Origin: an uncultured Gammaproteobacteria bacterium
GTDB taxonomy: Bacteria; Patescibacteriota; Microgenomatia; Daviesbacterales; UBA10151
Assembly (NCBI GenBank): GCA_964551605.1
Contig: CAZKCV010000001.1
Span: 61,992-125,991 of the forward strand
Length of the DNA stretch: 64,000 nucleotides
Direction of reading: 5' to 3'
The notes beneath the pieces were generated by a model that had not been told where the DNA came from, made no database searches, and was given only the letters and a program-made list of their open reading frames with translations. The position numbers were made by a program, and so were the translations under genes. The stretch's first letter is position 1. Each line of letters begins with the position of its first letter. This document shows, one piece after another, positions 54,133 to 64,000 of this stretch.

Positions 54133-54610
54133 TTTCTATCTTTTGGGCTTTTTCTTCGACACCAGCTGCTAAATTATTTTTATATTCCGCTAACTTTTCT
54201 TCCAAACTTTTATCGGAAGTCGCCAAAATCTGCACTGCCAAAAGACCGGCGTTTTTAGCACCATTTATAGCAACTGTGGCTACCGGAATTCCCGGAGGCA
54301 TCTGCATAGTAGAAGCTAATGCATCTACTCCACTTAAGACCCCACTTTCCAACGGCACCCCGATAACCGGTAGCGGGAAACGGGCTGCAATTACACCGGC
54401 CAAATGGGCTGCCATTCCAGCTCCGGCAATTATTACTTTTATGCCACGGGTACTGGCATCTATTACTAACTCCTCTGTCCTATCAGGTGACCTATGGGCA
54501 GAAGAGATTGTCAGGTCATATTCCACACCGAAATCTTCCAGCACTTTTGCAGCTTCTTTCATTACCGGCAAATCAGAATCTGAACCAGTAATAATTAGAA
54601 CTTTTTTCAT
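54122..54610 (-). CDS. purE: AIR carboxylase catalytic subunit / N5-CAIR mutase (PurE)
   Basis: VLIITGSDSDLPVMKEAAKVLEDFGVEYDLTISSAHRSP ... IIAGAGMAAHLAG. No purK nearby, so the class is undetermined. Confidence 0.9.
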   Translation of the reverse strand: MKKVLIITGSDSDLPVMKEAAKVLEDFGVEYDLTISSAHRSPDRTEELVIDASTRGIKVIIAGAGMAAHLAGVIAARFPLPVIGVPLESGVLSGVDALASTMQMPPGIPVATVAINGAKNAGLLAVQILATSDKSLEEKLAEYKNNLAAGVEEKAQKIENDQ

Positions 54611-56001
54611 AATGTTATTTTCTTAATTTGTTCTGCTAATGTCAACGCTTTTTCGCTGGCACAACCAATATGATTTTTGGCATCCAGCAGCTGCACTATT
54701 TCAATTGGCTTTAAGTATTGCCCGATGACAGGATTTTCCGACATTAAATCTTCCATGGGATTTACATTACCTTCCTGAATGGATTCCCAGGCTTTCATGG
54801 AAATCTCCCTTAATTCCTCATGCATTTTTTGCCTGTCTGCTCCCCTTTTAACTGCTTCTAAAATCACACTTTCTGTAGCCGAAAAAGGCCAGTAAGTTTC
54901 CAGATTCTTCTTAATTTTTCTCTCATTAATAATGAGGCCATCCAGAATATTAATAGAAGAATTTAGTATCTCATCAACAGCCAGAAATATTTCCGGAAGC
55001 ATTACTCTTCTACTGGCTGAATCATCTAATGTTCTTTCCAGCAATATATAGGCGGCATTATCCCAACTAATCTTCGATAAATGAGCTACCAATCTGGCCA
55101 ATGAACAGATCTGTTCAGATTTTACGGGATTTTTCTTAAACGGCATAGCTGAGGAGCCGACTTGGGATTTTCCGAAAGGTTCCTGCCACTCACCAAATCC
55201 CGGTGATTGCATAATCCTTAGATCAAAAGCAAATTTATTTAAAGATTGGGCTATTCCTGCCAGCACATTACCAACTAACACTTCAATTTTCCGGGGAGCA
55301 GTTTGGTTGGTAATTTCAAATGCTTCTATGCTTAATTCCTTAAGTACCGAAGCCTCCATTTCGTTTGCCTTTTTATTATCCGATAACTTTACATAACTTG
55401 CTGCTGTTCCCACGGCCCCCTTTAAACCCTTACTTTTTAAGTTCTTTTTTACAAATCGCAGGAGTTCCAAATCCAGCAGTAAATCCTGGGCATAAAAGGC
55501 AAATCTATAGCCTAAAGTTGTAGGCTCTGCCGGCTGAAGGTGCGTATAACCCATACACACAAAATCTGCATATTGGTTAATCTTTTTCCCAAATATTTTT
55601 AGCAAGTTTATCAGTTGCTTCTCTATAATGGAAAGCGCTTCAGTAATCCTGATGGTTTCAGCATTGTCTGAAACATCCATACTGGTAGCACCTAAGTGAA
55701 TTTTCCCTCCGCCTACTTTAGCTTTTTCAGCAAACTCTTTTATAGCTGCTACCACATCATGTCGGGTATCTTTTTCAATCTCCCAAATTCTTTCAATGTC
55801 TATTTCATCCTGATGCTTTTTTAAATCTGCTAACTCTTCCTCTGAAACTAAGCCTTCTTTAGCCTGCGCTTCTGCTAAAGCTACCCAGACTTTTCTCCAT
55901 AATCTGTATTTGTTTTCTTCAGAAAAAATCTGCCGCATCTTTTCGGACCCGTAACGCCAGGAAAATGGTGATTGGTAGGTTGAAAAATTAATGTTTTTCA
56001 T
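54607..56001 (-). CDS. purB: adenylosuccinate lyase
   Basis: Fumarate-lyase signature GSSAMPFKKNPVKSE. Confidence 0.85.
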   Translation of the reverse strand: MKNINFSTYQSPFSWRYGSEKMRQIFSEENKYRLWRKVWVALAEAQAKEGLVSEEELADLKKHQDEIDIERIWEIEKDTRHDVVAAIKEFAEKAKVGGGKIHLGATSMDVSDNAETIRITEALSIIEKQLINLLKIFGKKINQYADFVCMGYTHLQPAEPTTLGYRFAFYAQDLLLDLELLRFVKKNLKSKGLKGAVGTAASYVKLSDNKKANEMEASVLKELSIEAFEITNQTAPRKIEVLVGNVLAGIAQSLNKFAFDLRIMQSPGFGEWQEPFGKSQVGSSAMPFKKNPVKSEQICSLARLVAHLSKISWDNAAYILLERTLDDSASRRVMLPEIFLAVDEILNSSINILDGLIINERKIKKNLETYWPFSATESVILEAVKRGADRQKMHEELREISMKAWESIQEGNVNPMEDLMSENPVIGQYLKPIEIVQLLDAKNHIGCASEKALTLAEQIKKITL

Positions 56002-56009
56002 TTTTTTGA

Positions 56010-56037
56010 TTAGAAATTAAAAATTAGAAATTAGAAA
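56010..56037. repeat. 7-bp tandem array ttagaaa-ttaaaaa-ttagaaa-ttagaaa between the purH stop and the purB start
   Basis: Same array type as 25571-25598. Confidence 0.6.
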
Positions 56038-56040
56038 TTT

Positions 56041-57576
56041 TTAATGTCTAAAAGCCCTCCTGCCGGTAAAGACCATTGGTATACCGGCTTTATCAGCTGC
56101 GTCAATTGAGGCCTGATCATTTACAGAACCCCCCTGCTCCAGTATATCTCCGATCCCGCATTTTGCCGACATCTCCACGGAATCTTCAAAAGGAAAGAAA
56201 CTATCACTTACTAATATACCACCCCTTGCTGATTTTCCTGCTTGTTCCAATGCGATTTTAGTAGCACCTACCCGGGATGTTTGACCGGAACCAATTCCCC
56301 GGGTCATCGGGATATCTTTATCAATTACAATGACAGCATTGGATCTGACTGCCTTAACTGCCTTAAAACCAAATTTCATCTGTTCCAGTTGTTTCGCAGT
56401 CGGTTTTTTCTTGGTTACAACTTTCCAATCCTTAAAACTCTTTTCTACATCGTCATCAAAATCCTGAAGCAGAACTGCTCCGGCAAAGTATTTCAAATCC
56501 CAGTTTTCGCTTCTTCTAATTTCTATCGGTCCGAAGGTGTAAACTCCCATGCTCTTTCTGACTTTCTTCAAAAGCTCTAAAGCATCTTCAGAAATTGAAG
56601 GTACTGCCACTATATCAGTATTTCCCTCCCGTTCATTTTTAAAAGTGGCAATATTTTTTGCAGCTTTTAAATCCATGTGTTTATTTAATACGACTACTCC
56701 GCCAAAGGCTGAAACCGGATCTGCTTCAGTAGCCCGGTACAATGCTTCATATGCATCTTTGCCGGTTGCAATCCCACAAGGGCTTAAATGTTTTATTACA
56801 GCAGCAGCCGGTTCCTTAAATTGCCTGACTGTTTCCAGTCCGGCATGAATATCACCAATGTTAGTGCCACTTAGCTCCCTGCCCCAGAGATGTTTTAATT
56901 TAGAAAAAGGAGAATTTGTTTTTGGCATCAGGTATAAAGCTCCCTCCTGATGTGGATTTTCACCGTAACGGAGGACATTAGTCTTCCGAAGAGGAACTGT
57001 TAACTCTTTCGGAAACTTCTCTTCCGAGAAAAAGTTACCGATTTGGGAATCATAAAATGACAGATGATAAAACGCTTTAGCTGCCATCTTTTGTCTTAAT
57101 TCCTTTGATACTTTTGATACCTTAACTGCCTTTGATACTTCTTCATAATCTTTGGGGGTTACTACCACTAAGACATTCTCATAATTTTTAGCCGCTGCCC
57201 TAATCATGGTTGGCCCCCCGACATCTATTGTTTCGATACCGGGTTTTTCTTCAAAAGGGTAAAGATTACAAACCACGATATCAATTTGCGGCATCCCCAA
57301 TTTCCGGGCCTCTTTTACATGCTTGGGGTTTTTTCTGTCAAACAAAATTCCTGACTCAATCTGGAAACTGATGGTTTTCATCCGGCCGTCAAATGCGTCC
57401 CGGGGGTTTCCGGTGATTTCATCAATGGGAATAACTTTTATGCCTTCTTTTTTTAATAACTCGAAAGTCCCGCCGGTAGAAATAATTGCATAACCTGCTT
57501 TTTCCAAAACTTTTGCAAAATCAGCTATTCCGCTTTTATCATAAACGCTAACTAATGCAAATTTTTGAGAGCTCAT
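56041..57576 (-). CDS. purH: bifunctional AICAR transformylase / IMP cyclohydrolase
   Basis: MGS-like N-domain ALVSVYDKSGIADFAKVLEKAGYAIISTGGT and AICARFT C-domain, 511 aa. Confidence 0.9.
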   Translation of the reverse strand: MSSQKFALVSVYDKSGIADFAKVLEKAGYAIISTGGTFELLKKEGIKVIPIDEITGNPRDAFDGRMKTISFQIESGILFDRKNPKHVKEARKLGMPQIDIVVCNLYPFEEKPGIETIDVGGPTMIRAAAKNYENVLVVVTPKDYEEVSKAVKVSKVSKELRQKMAAKAFYHLSFYDSQIGNFFSEEKFPKELTVPLRKTNVLRYGENPHQEGALYLMPKTNSPFSKLKHLWGRELSGTNIGDIHAGLETVRQFKEPAAAVIKHLSPCGIATGKDAYEALYRATEADPVSAFGGVVVLNKHMDLKAAKNIATFKNEREGNTDIVAVPSISEDALELLKKVRKSMGVYTFGPIEIRRSENWDLKYFAGAVLLQDFDDDVEKSFKDWKVVTKKKPTAKQLEQMKFGFKAVKAVRSNAVIVIDKDIPMTRGIGSGQTSRVGATKIALEQAGKSARGGILVSDSFFPFEDSVEMSAKCGIGDILEQGGSVNDQASIDAADKAGIPMVFTGRRAFRH

Positions 57577-58664
57577 GTTAGTATTTTATTTAATTTCCCC
57601 TTTTCTATTGCTTCTTTTATTTCCAAAGCTACCCGTTTTCCCATTGAGATATTTTCTCCATATAAATACATACCATAAGGGGTGGCAAAAATACCAGGGG
57701 ATCCGGGCATCCGGGGAGATACATCAAAAACAATGATCTCCTTTTTAGGTGGGCCGGCAGTAATCATAGTTTGCAGACCAAAGGGGCCAATCACACCAGG
57801 AGCAACCATTTTCTGAGAAGCCTGTACAAATCTTTCTCCCATTGCAAATGCATCTTCAAGTAAAGATTCCAGAACAGTCACTGCAATATGTCCGGCTTCT
57901 TCATACTTTATTCTTCCACCCATGTCCCGGAATTGCTGCTGGTATTCTGGAGATAATTTCGAAAGTCCTTCATGGTTAGTCTGGCGCCGTGTATCGGTAC
58001 CAATTAATTCCAGTCGCTGATTAATTGGATCATAAAAGAAATTAAAGTTAACTTGCACTCCAACGATAAACTCTTCAATAACAGCGTGTTTTAAATGTTC
58101 CTCTGTAATTTCCCCTTTTCCAATTCTTTCCTCTATTTTTTTCTCATATTCCTTAAAATTATTAACTAAGAAAAATGCCCTTTCAAAACCTCTTTCTTTT
58201 TCCAGAACTTTTACAATACAAAGCCTGTCTATATCTTTAGGATCTTTAAATTGTTTGGGGTAGCGGATTTTGGCAGCATCCAATAAATCATATTGATTTG
58301 GTTTTACACCCCGCTCTTCAGCTTTAAGCAAAAACCTGTTTCCAAACATCGGCACTTTAAATTTTTTCTCAATGGCGTTGTAATCATTAATGTAAACTTC
58401 AAATGACCTGTGGGGAATAAAAATAGAATTTCTCTTCAATAATTCTTGTTGGACTTTTTCACTGAGTATCTCTTTGAATTCATCCAATATAATTACTTCA
58501 TCTACACAACCTAATTGGCCTTCAGACGCGTAATATTTTTTGTATGTTTTCTCTCTGCCCTTTTTACAAATAACTAATGTCTTAAATCCTAAATCCTTTG
58601 CGCCGCGGCACACATCTAAGGCAGAATGACTTCCTAAAACGGCAATTGTATACTGTTTGCCCAT
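57573..58664 (-). CDS. purP: PurP-family ATP-grasp protein (archaeal-type FAICAR synthetase paralogue)
   Basis: YTIAVLGSHSALDVCRGAKDLGF, PHRSFEVY, NFFYDPI. Paralogue of the adjacent gene. Confidence 0.75.
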   Translation of the reverse strand: MGKQYTIAVLGSHSALDVCRGAKDLGFKTLVICKKGREKTYKKYYASEGQLGCVDEVIILDEFKEILSEKVQQELLKRNSIFIPHRSFEVYINDYNAIEKKFKVPMFGNRFLLKAEERGVKPNQYDLLDAAKIRYPKQFKDPKDIDRLCIVKVLEKERGFERAFFLVNNFKEYEKKIEERIGKGEITEEHLKHAVIEEFIVGVQVNFNFFYDPINQRLELIGTDTRRQTNHEGLSKLSPEYQQQFRDMGGRIKYEEAGHIAVTVLESLLEDAFAMGERFVQASQKMVAPGVIGPFGLQTMITAGPPKKEIIVFDVSPRMPGSPGIFATPYGMYLYGENISMGKRVALEIKEAIEKGKLNKILT

Positions 58665-59683
58665 TAGTCCAGCACCTCTTTTAGTTTATTCATTTTTATC
58701 GCATCCTTAATCTCTTTTGCAATACGTCTTCCGGTTGACATTGGTTCATCATAATTTAAATAAGTATAAGGCGAGCCATTAATAAAACAATTAGTTCCTG
58801 CTACAATTCTGGCAGAAATTTCTATCACATAAATTTCTTCAGTTGAGGTAATAATGGCTTCTAAACAAAAAGGGCCAAAAAGACCCTTAGTTGATATAAG
58901 CTTTTGGGAACTCTTAACTACCCGTTCAGCCATAGCCACAGCTTCTGCTAAAAGGGATTCCCTGATAGCCATTGGGATATTAGCTACCACTTCAAAAGAA
59001 GGCTCTATATTTAAACCTCTCTGGTTTTTGGCAGGAATCCTGCCAAGGGAATCAACATTTGTTTCATAGCGTTTATCAATACTCATGATCTCCACTCTTT
59101 TGGTTAAAGGAGAATAGAAGAAATGAAAATATACCGGCACTCCGATGACATATTCCTGGACGATAAATCTTTCTTCACTGTAGTTTTTTAACTTCTCATC
59201 AAACTCTTTTTGGTTTCTGGCAGTAAAATAACCCTTACCCCCGGAAGCACCATAAGACTTTACAATTACCGGGCGGTCAATCTTATCGCCTCTTTTAAAG
59301 CGATGCGGCACTTTAATCCCTGATTCCTCCATCCAGGTCCTCTGCATCTTGCGGTTTTCCTCCCAATCCAAAACTTTCTTGTTGCCAAAATACAAAGCAT
59401 TCATATTTTTATTTTGGTCCAGCCCTAAGTAAGCTACAAATGAGCCATGAGGAATAATAATTGCATTTTTCTTGATAAGTTGTTTTTCAAGAGATGGAAA
59501 ATTTTTCCAGGAGTCGATTTCTAAAACTTCATCAATAAAATTACTGTAGGAATTGTAAAGAGTGAATCGATCCGGTGTGGCTACTACTGCAGTTTTAAAA
59601 CCCTCGTCTTTTGCCCCTTTAAGAATTTGCAGGGCGGAGTGAGAACCTAAAGTGACAATGGTATAGTCTTTTATAATTCCCAT
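58664..59683 (-). CDS. purP: 5-formaminoimidazole-4-carboxamide ribonucleotide synthetase PurP (archaeal-type, formate/ATP-dependent)
   Basis: YTIVTLGSHSALQILKGAKDEGF, PHGSFVAYLG, FHFFYSPL, MSIDKRYETNVDSLGRIPAKNQ and GPFCLEAI align along the full length with the M. jannaschii PurP sequence as recalled. Confidence 0.85.
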   Translation of the reverse strand: MGIIKDYTIVTLGSHSALQILKGAKDEGFKTAVVATPDRFTLYNSYSNFIDEVLEIDSWKNFPSLEKQLIKKNAIIIPHGSFVAYLGLDQNKNMNALYFGNKKVLDWEENRKMQRTWMEESGIKVPHRFKRGDKIDRPVIVKSYGASGGKGYFTARNQKEFDEKLKNYSEERFIVQEYVIGVPVYFHFFYSPLTKRVEIMSIDKRYETNVDSLGRIPAKNQRGLNIEPSFEVVANIPMAIRESLLAEAVAMAERVVKSSQKLISTKGLFGPFCLEAIITSTEEIYVIEISARIVAGTNCFINGSPYTYLNYDEPMSTGRRIAKEIKDAIKMNKLKEVLD

Positions 59684-59685
59684 AA

Positions 59686-61014
<1,329 letters not shown>

Positions 61015-61016
61015 GC

Positions 61017-62549
61017 TTATTCCCACTCCATAGTGGCTGGGGGTTTGTTGGTAATGTCGTAAACTACCCTGTTAACTTCTTTTACCTCATTTACAATTCT
61101 GGTTGATATTTTTTCCAAAACATCATATGGCAACTTGGCAAAATTGGCAGACATGGCATCAGTTGCTTCAATAGCCCTAATTGCAATGGTCTCTCCATAA
61201 AACCGCTGGTCACCTCTTACTCCGGTGGTTTTAATGCCGGTAAAGACTGCAAAGAATTGCCAGAGTTTTTTATCTAATCCGGCTTTTTCAATTTCTTCCA
61301 GGACAATTTTATCCGCTCTTCTTAAGATGCTTAATTTTTCTTCCGTTACCTCACCTATAATTCTAACTGCAAGGGCCGGGCCGGGAAAAGGCTGCCGGGC
61401 TATAATCTCATCAGGCAATCCTAAGATGCTGCCAATTTTCCTGACTTCATCTTTATAGAAATTTCGCAGTGGTTCAACCAGCACTAAATTCATATCTTCC
61501 GGGAGTCCTCCGACATTATGATGTGATTTTATCTTCTGTGAATGTTTGCTGCCGGCAGACTCTATCACATCCGGATAAATGGTTCCCTGCACCAAAAATT
61601 TGGCATTAATTTTTTTTGCTTCTTTCTCAAACACTTCTATAAAAGTTTTACCGATTACTTTTCTCTTTTCCTCCGGGTCCACAACTCCTTTTAAGGCTTT
61701 CAAAAAATCTTGTCTGGCATCGACAATATCCACATTCATTTTGTATTTGTTTCGGAAAACTTCCCGCAAAGTTTCTGTCTCACCTTCACGCATTAACCCG
61801 GAGTCAACATAAACAGAAGTTAAATTTTTGCCAATAGCTTTGTGTACCAACAATGCGGCCACTGAGGAATCTACTCCGCCGGACAGGGCACATACAGCTT
61901 TTTCATTCCCTACAGAATCCTTGATATCTTTGATAAGATTTTCTACAAACGCGTTGTTAATTTCCTGTTTCGTAATTTCAATACCACAAATCTCTAAAAA
62001 GTTTTTTAAAAGCTGCTCACCAAACTCGGTATGTACCACTTCCGGATGAAATTGAATACCAAAAAGTTTTTTATTTTTATTTTCAATAATGGCATGTGGG
62101 ATTGTTTCAGTTTTACCTAAAGTTTCAAATCCTTCCGGAATTTTTATTACCTGATCTCCATGACTCATCCATGCAGTAAATTTTTCTGGAATATCTTTCA
62201 ACAACTGTACCCTGTACCCTGTACCCTGTACCCTAACTTCTGCTGGTCCGTATTCTCTTTTTCGTCCGGCTACCACTTCTCCTTCTAACAAATGACACAT
62301 CAATTGTTGTCCGTAACAAATTCCTAAAACCGGAATTCCTAACTTAAATATTTCCGGATCTATTGTAGGTGACTCTTTTTCAAAAACAGCCGCCGGCCCG
62401 CCTGATAAAATTATTCCCTGTGGTTTTACTTCGCTAACCTTCTGCATGGCAGATTCCGGAATGGTAATTACCACATCGGATCCCAATTCTCGGAGTCTCC
62501 TGAATATCAGATGTGTTGTTTGTGACCCAAAATCAATTAATAAAATCAT
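61017..62549 (-). CDS. guaA: GMP synthase (glutamine-hydrolysing)
   Basis: GATase domain GICYGQQLM. PP-loop SGGVDSSV. Contains (gtaccct)x4 at 62207-62234 encoding VRVQGTGYRVQ. Convergent with purA, 2-bp gap. Confidence 0.9.
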   Translation of the reverse strand: MILLIDFGSQTTHLIFRRLRELGSDVVITIPESAMQKVSEVKPQGIILSGGPAAVFEKESPTIDPEIFKLGIPVLGICYGQQLMCHLLEGEVVAGRKREYGPAEVRVQGTGYRVQLLKDIPEKFTAWMSHGDQVIKIPEGFETLGKTETIPHAIIENKNKKLFGIQFHPEVVHTEFGEQLLKNFLEICGIEITKQEINNAFVENLIKDIKDSVGNEKAVCALSGGVDSSVAALLVHKAIGKNLTSVYVDSGLMREGETETLREVFRNKYKMNVDIVDARQDFLKALKGVVDPEEKRKVIGKTFIEVFEKEAKKINAKFLVQGTIYPDVIESAGSKHSQKIKSHHNVGGLPEDMNLVLVEPLRNFYKDEVRKIGSILGLPDEIIARQPFPGPALAVRIIGEVTEEKLSILRRADKIVLEEIEKAGLDKKLWQFFAVFTGIKTTGVRGDQRFYGETIAIRAIEATDAMSANFAKLPYDVLEKISTRIVNEVKEVNRVVYDITNKPPATMEWE

Positions 62550-63328
62550 CTACTATTCTCCTTCGCGAATTTCACTATGTTTTCAAATAACGGCAAACCA
62601 TCCACTTTCACTGTACCACGTCTCCAGTTAGGATGCTGCTGTTTTCTGATAAAACATTCCGGATGCGGCATCATCCCTAAAATCCTGCCGGTAGTATCAG
62701 TAATTCCGACTATGGCATTTGAGGAACCGTTCGGATTATCCGGATAACTTTGAGTGGAATTTCCCTTTTCATCAACATACCTAAAAGCAACCAGATTTTG
62801 ATCTTCAACTTCTTTTAATGTCTTCTCATCCGTCAGGAATTTTCCTTCACCATGTGCTATAGGCAACCACATTAAACTATCCATACCATTTAGGAATTTG
62901 CTGTTGTTTTTTTTGTTAACTTTAACTTTTATCCACCGACATTCAAAATGTCCGGAATCATTATTGGTTAAAGTGACATCCATTTCGCCGATCTTCCTAA
63001 AAGGCAAAAGCCCAGTTCTGACTAAAACCTGAAACCCATTACAAACCCCGATAATGGCCGTATCTTTTCTTTCAATAAACTTTCTCATTTCCTGACCCAG
63101 GAAGGAGGTTAATTCTATGGCCAGGATCTTTCCGGAAACAATGTCATCTCCGTAAGCAAATCCGCCCGGTAATGCCAGAATCTGATAATCACTCATTTTT
63201 TCTGATCCATTTCTAAGTTCGTTTACATGAACTATCTTCGGATCAGCCCCGGCAACCTTAAAAGCATAAGCCATCTCGGCATCCCGGTTTGTCCCATCAG
63301 CTTTTAATACCAACACCTTAGGCTTCAT
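62546..63328 (-). CDS. purQ: phosphoribosylformylglycinamidine synthase, glutaminase subunit PurQ
   Basis: ILALPGGFAYGDD, GVCNGFQVL, MPHPE class-I GATase motifs. Confidence 0.8.
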   Translation of the reverse strand: MKPKVLVLKADGTNRDAEMAYAFKVAGADPKIVHVNELRNGSEKMSDYQILALPGGFAYGDDIVSGKILAIELTSFLGQEMRKFIERKDTAIIGVCNGFQVLVRTGLLPFRKIGEMDVTLTNNDSGHFECRWIKVKVNKKNNSKFLNGMDSLMWLPIAHGEGKFLTDEKTLKEVEDQNLVAFRYVDEKGNSTQSYPDNPNGSSNAIVGITDTTGRILGMMPHPECFIRKQQHPNWRRGTVKVDGLPLFENIVKFAKENSR

Positions 63329-64000
63329 GAAAATAACCTCCTCATTGGCTCCTGCCAGGCTTTCTTTAAATTACTTATATCTGCACTAAATATTTTCTTT
63401 ACTTCAATAATTTGATTTATTTGAGTATTTCCTAAAATCTTAAACGGAATATTCTTGAAAAGTTGTTTTGCCGTACTTTCATTTTCTACTTCCGCAATAA
63501 AGCAGCCGGCTGTTTCATTAAACAAGAATAAATCCGGACGTTCCACCTCGAAGGAGTCAAAGCCCACCTTCGAGGTGTCTAAGACTACCCCCATTCCCCC
63601 GCCTACACACATCTCAAAAATAGCCCCGATTACTCCGCCTTCTGAAACATCATGACATGACATAATTTTTCCACTCTGAATCCCTTTGTAGATTACATCA
63701 AAAGTTTTCGGCAAAATTTTCAAATCAACTTTCGGAACACTGGATCCCAAAATTCCGTTAATATCATAATAAGTTGACCCACCTAAACTTTTATCCATTT
63801 TTCCGACCAAAACAATTGTTGAACTATTACTTTTAAAATCTGCGGTAACTGTTTTTGTAGCATCCGGAATTCTTCCTAAAACCGATATACAAAGTACCGG
63901 CGGGATTTTAATTACTTGTCCGCTTTTACTCCTGTAAGTGGAAGACAGACTGTCTTTACCGGAAATCACCGGAAGTTTAAAAACTCTCATGAAATCCACC
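63325..64000 (-). CDS. purL: phosphoribosylformylglycinamidine synthase PurL, 3' portion (gene runs past the window end)
   Basis: C-terminal PurM-like half with HDVSEGGVIGAIFEM. The ORF is open at the window edge. Confidence 0.7.
   Translation of the reverse strand, partial: VDFMRVFKLPVISGKDSLSSTYRSKSGQVIKIPPVLCISVLGRIPDATKTVTADFKSNSSTIVLVGKMDKSLGGSTYYDINGILGSSVPKVDLKILPKTFDVIYKGIQSGKIMSCHDVSEGGVIGAIFEMCVGGGMGVVLDTSKVGFDSFEVERPDLFLFNETAGCFIAEVENESTAKQLFKNIPFKILGNTQINQIIEVKKIFSADISNLKKAWQEPMRRLFS

Overview
This 64-kb window is gene-dense (about 40% GC, genes often separated by less than 15 bp or overlapping). It most likely comes from an uncultivated, small-genome bacterium, possibly CPR/Patescibacteria-like; that taxonomic call is tentative. 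Bacterial hallmarks include lgt, dnaB, rpsF-ssb-rpsR, RF1/PrmC and HtrA/Ctp. TGA is used as a stop codon. Recognisable content: a two-component pair plus DksA/TraR, Lgt, GalU, EF-P, PepN, DnaB, tRNA-Leu(CAA), HisS with an upstream HisI, L31, RF1/PrmC, HtrA and Ctp proteases, YchF, a P-type ATPase, a secreted S8 protease, an envelope glycan/lipid gene cluster, and a large purine cluster (prs, purM-like, purC/E/B/H, two archaeal-type purP paralogues, purA, guaA, purQ, purL 3' end). Stand-out observations: (1) a candidate tRNA-His T-box leader in front of a DapF-fold/HisI/HisS/DMT-transporter operon; (2) several dispersed repeat families, including AGTTNNT heptad arrays forming a MITE-like element inserted in-frame in a pseudouridine synthase gene, and a 34-bp CTAG-palindrome element; (3) pervasive 28-bp micro-tandem repeats (4x7 or 2x14) in both coding and non-coding DNA; (4) two PaaX-like regulators, each flanked by its own direct-repeat operator-like sites; (5) an ArsR-controlled thiol/metal redox module; (6) an HPF, eRF1-like, glycerate-kinase-like operon. 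No rRNA, CRISPR array, integrase or transposase was seen.
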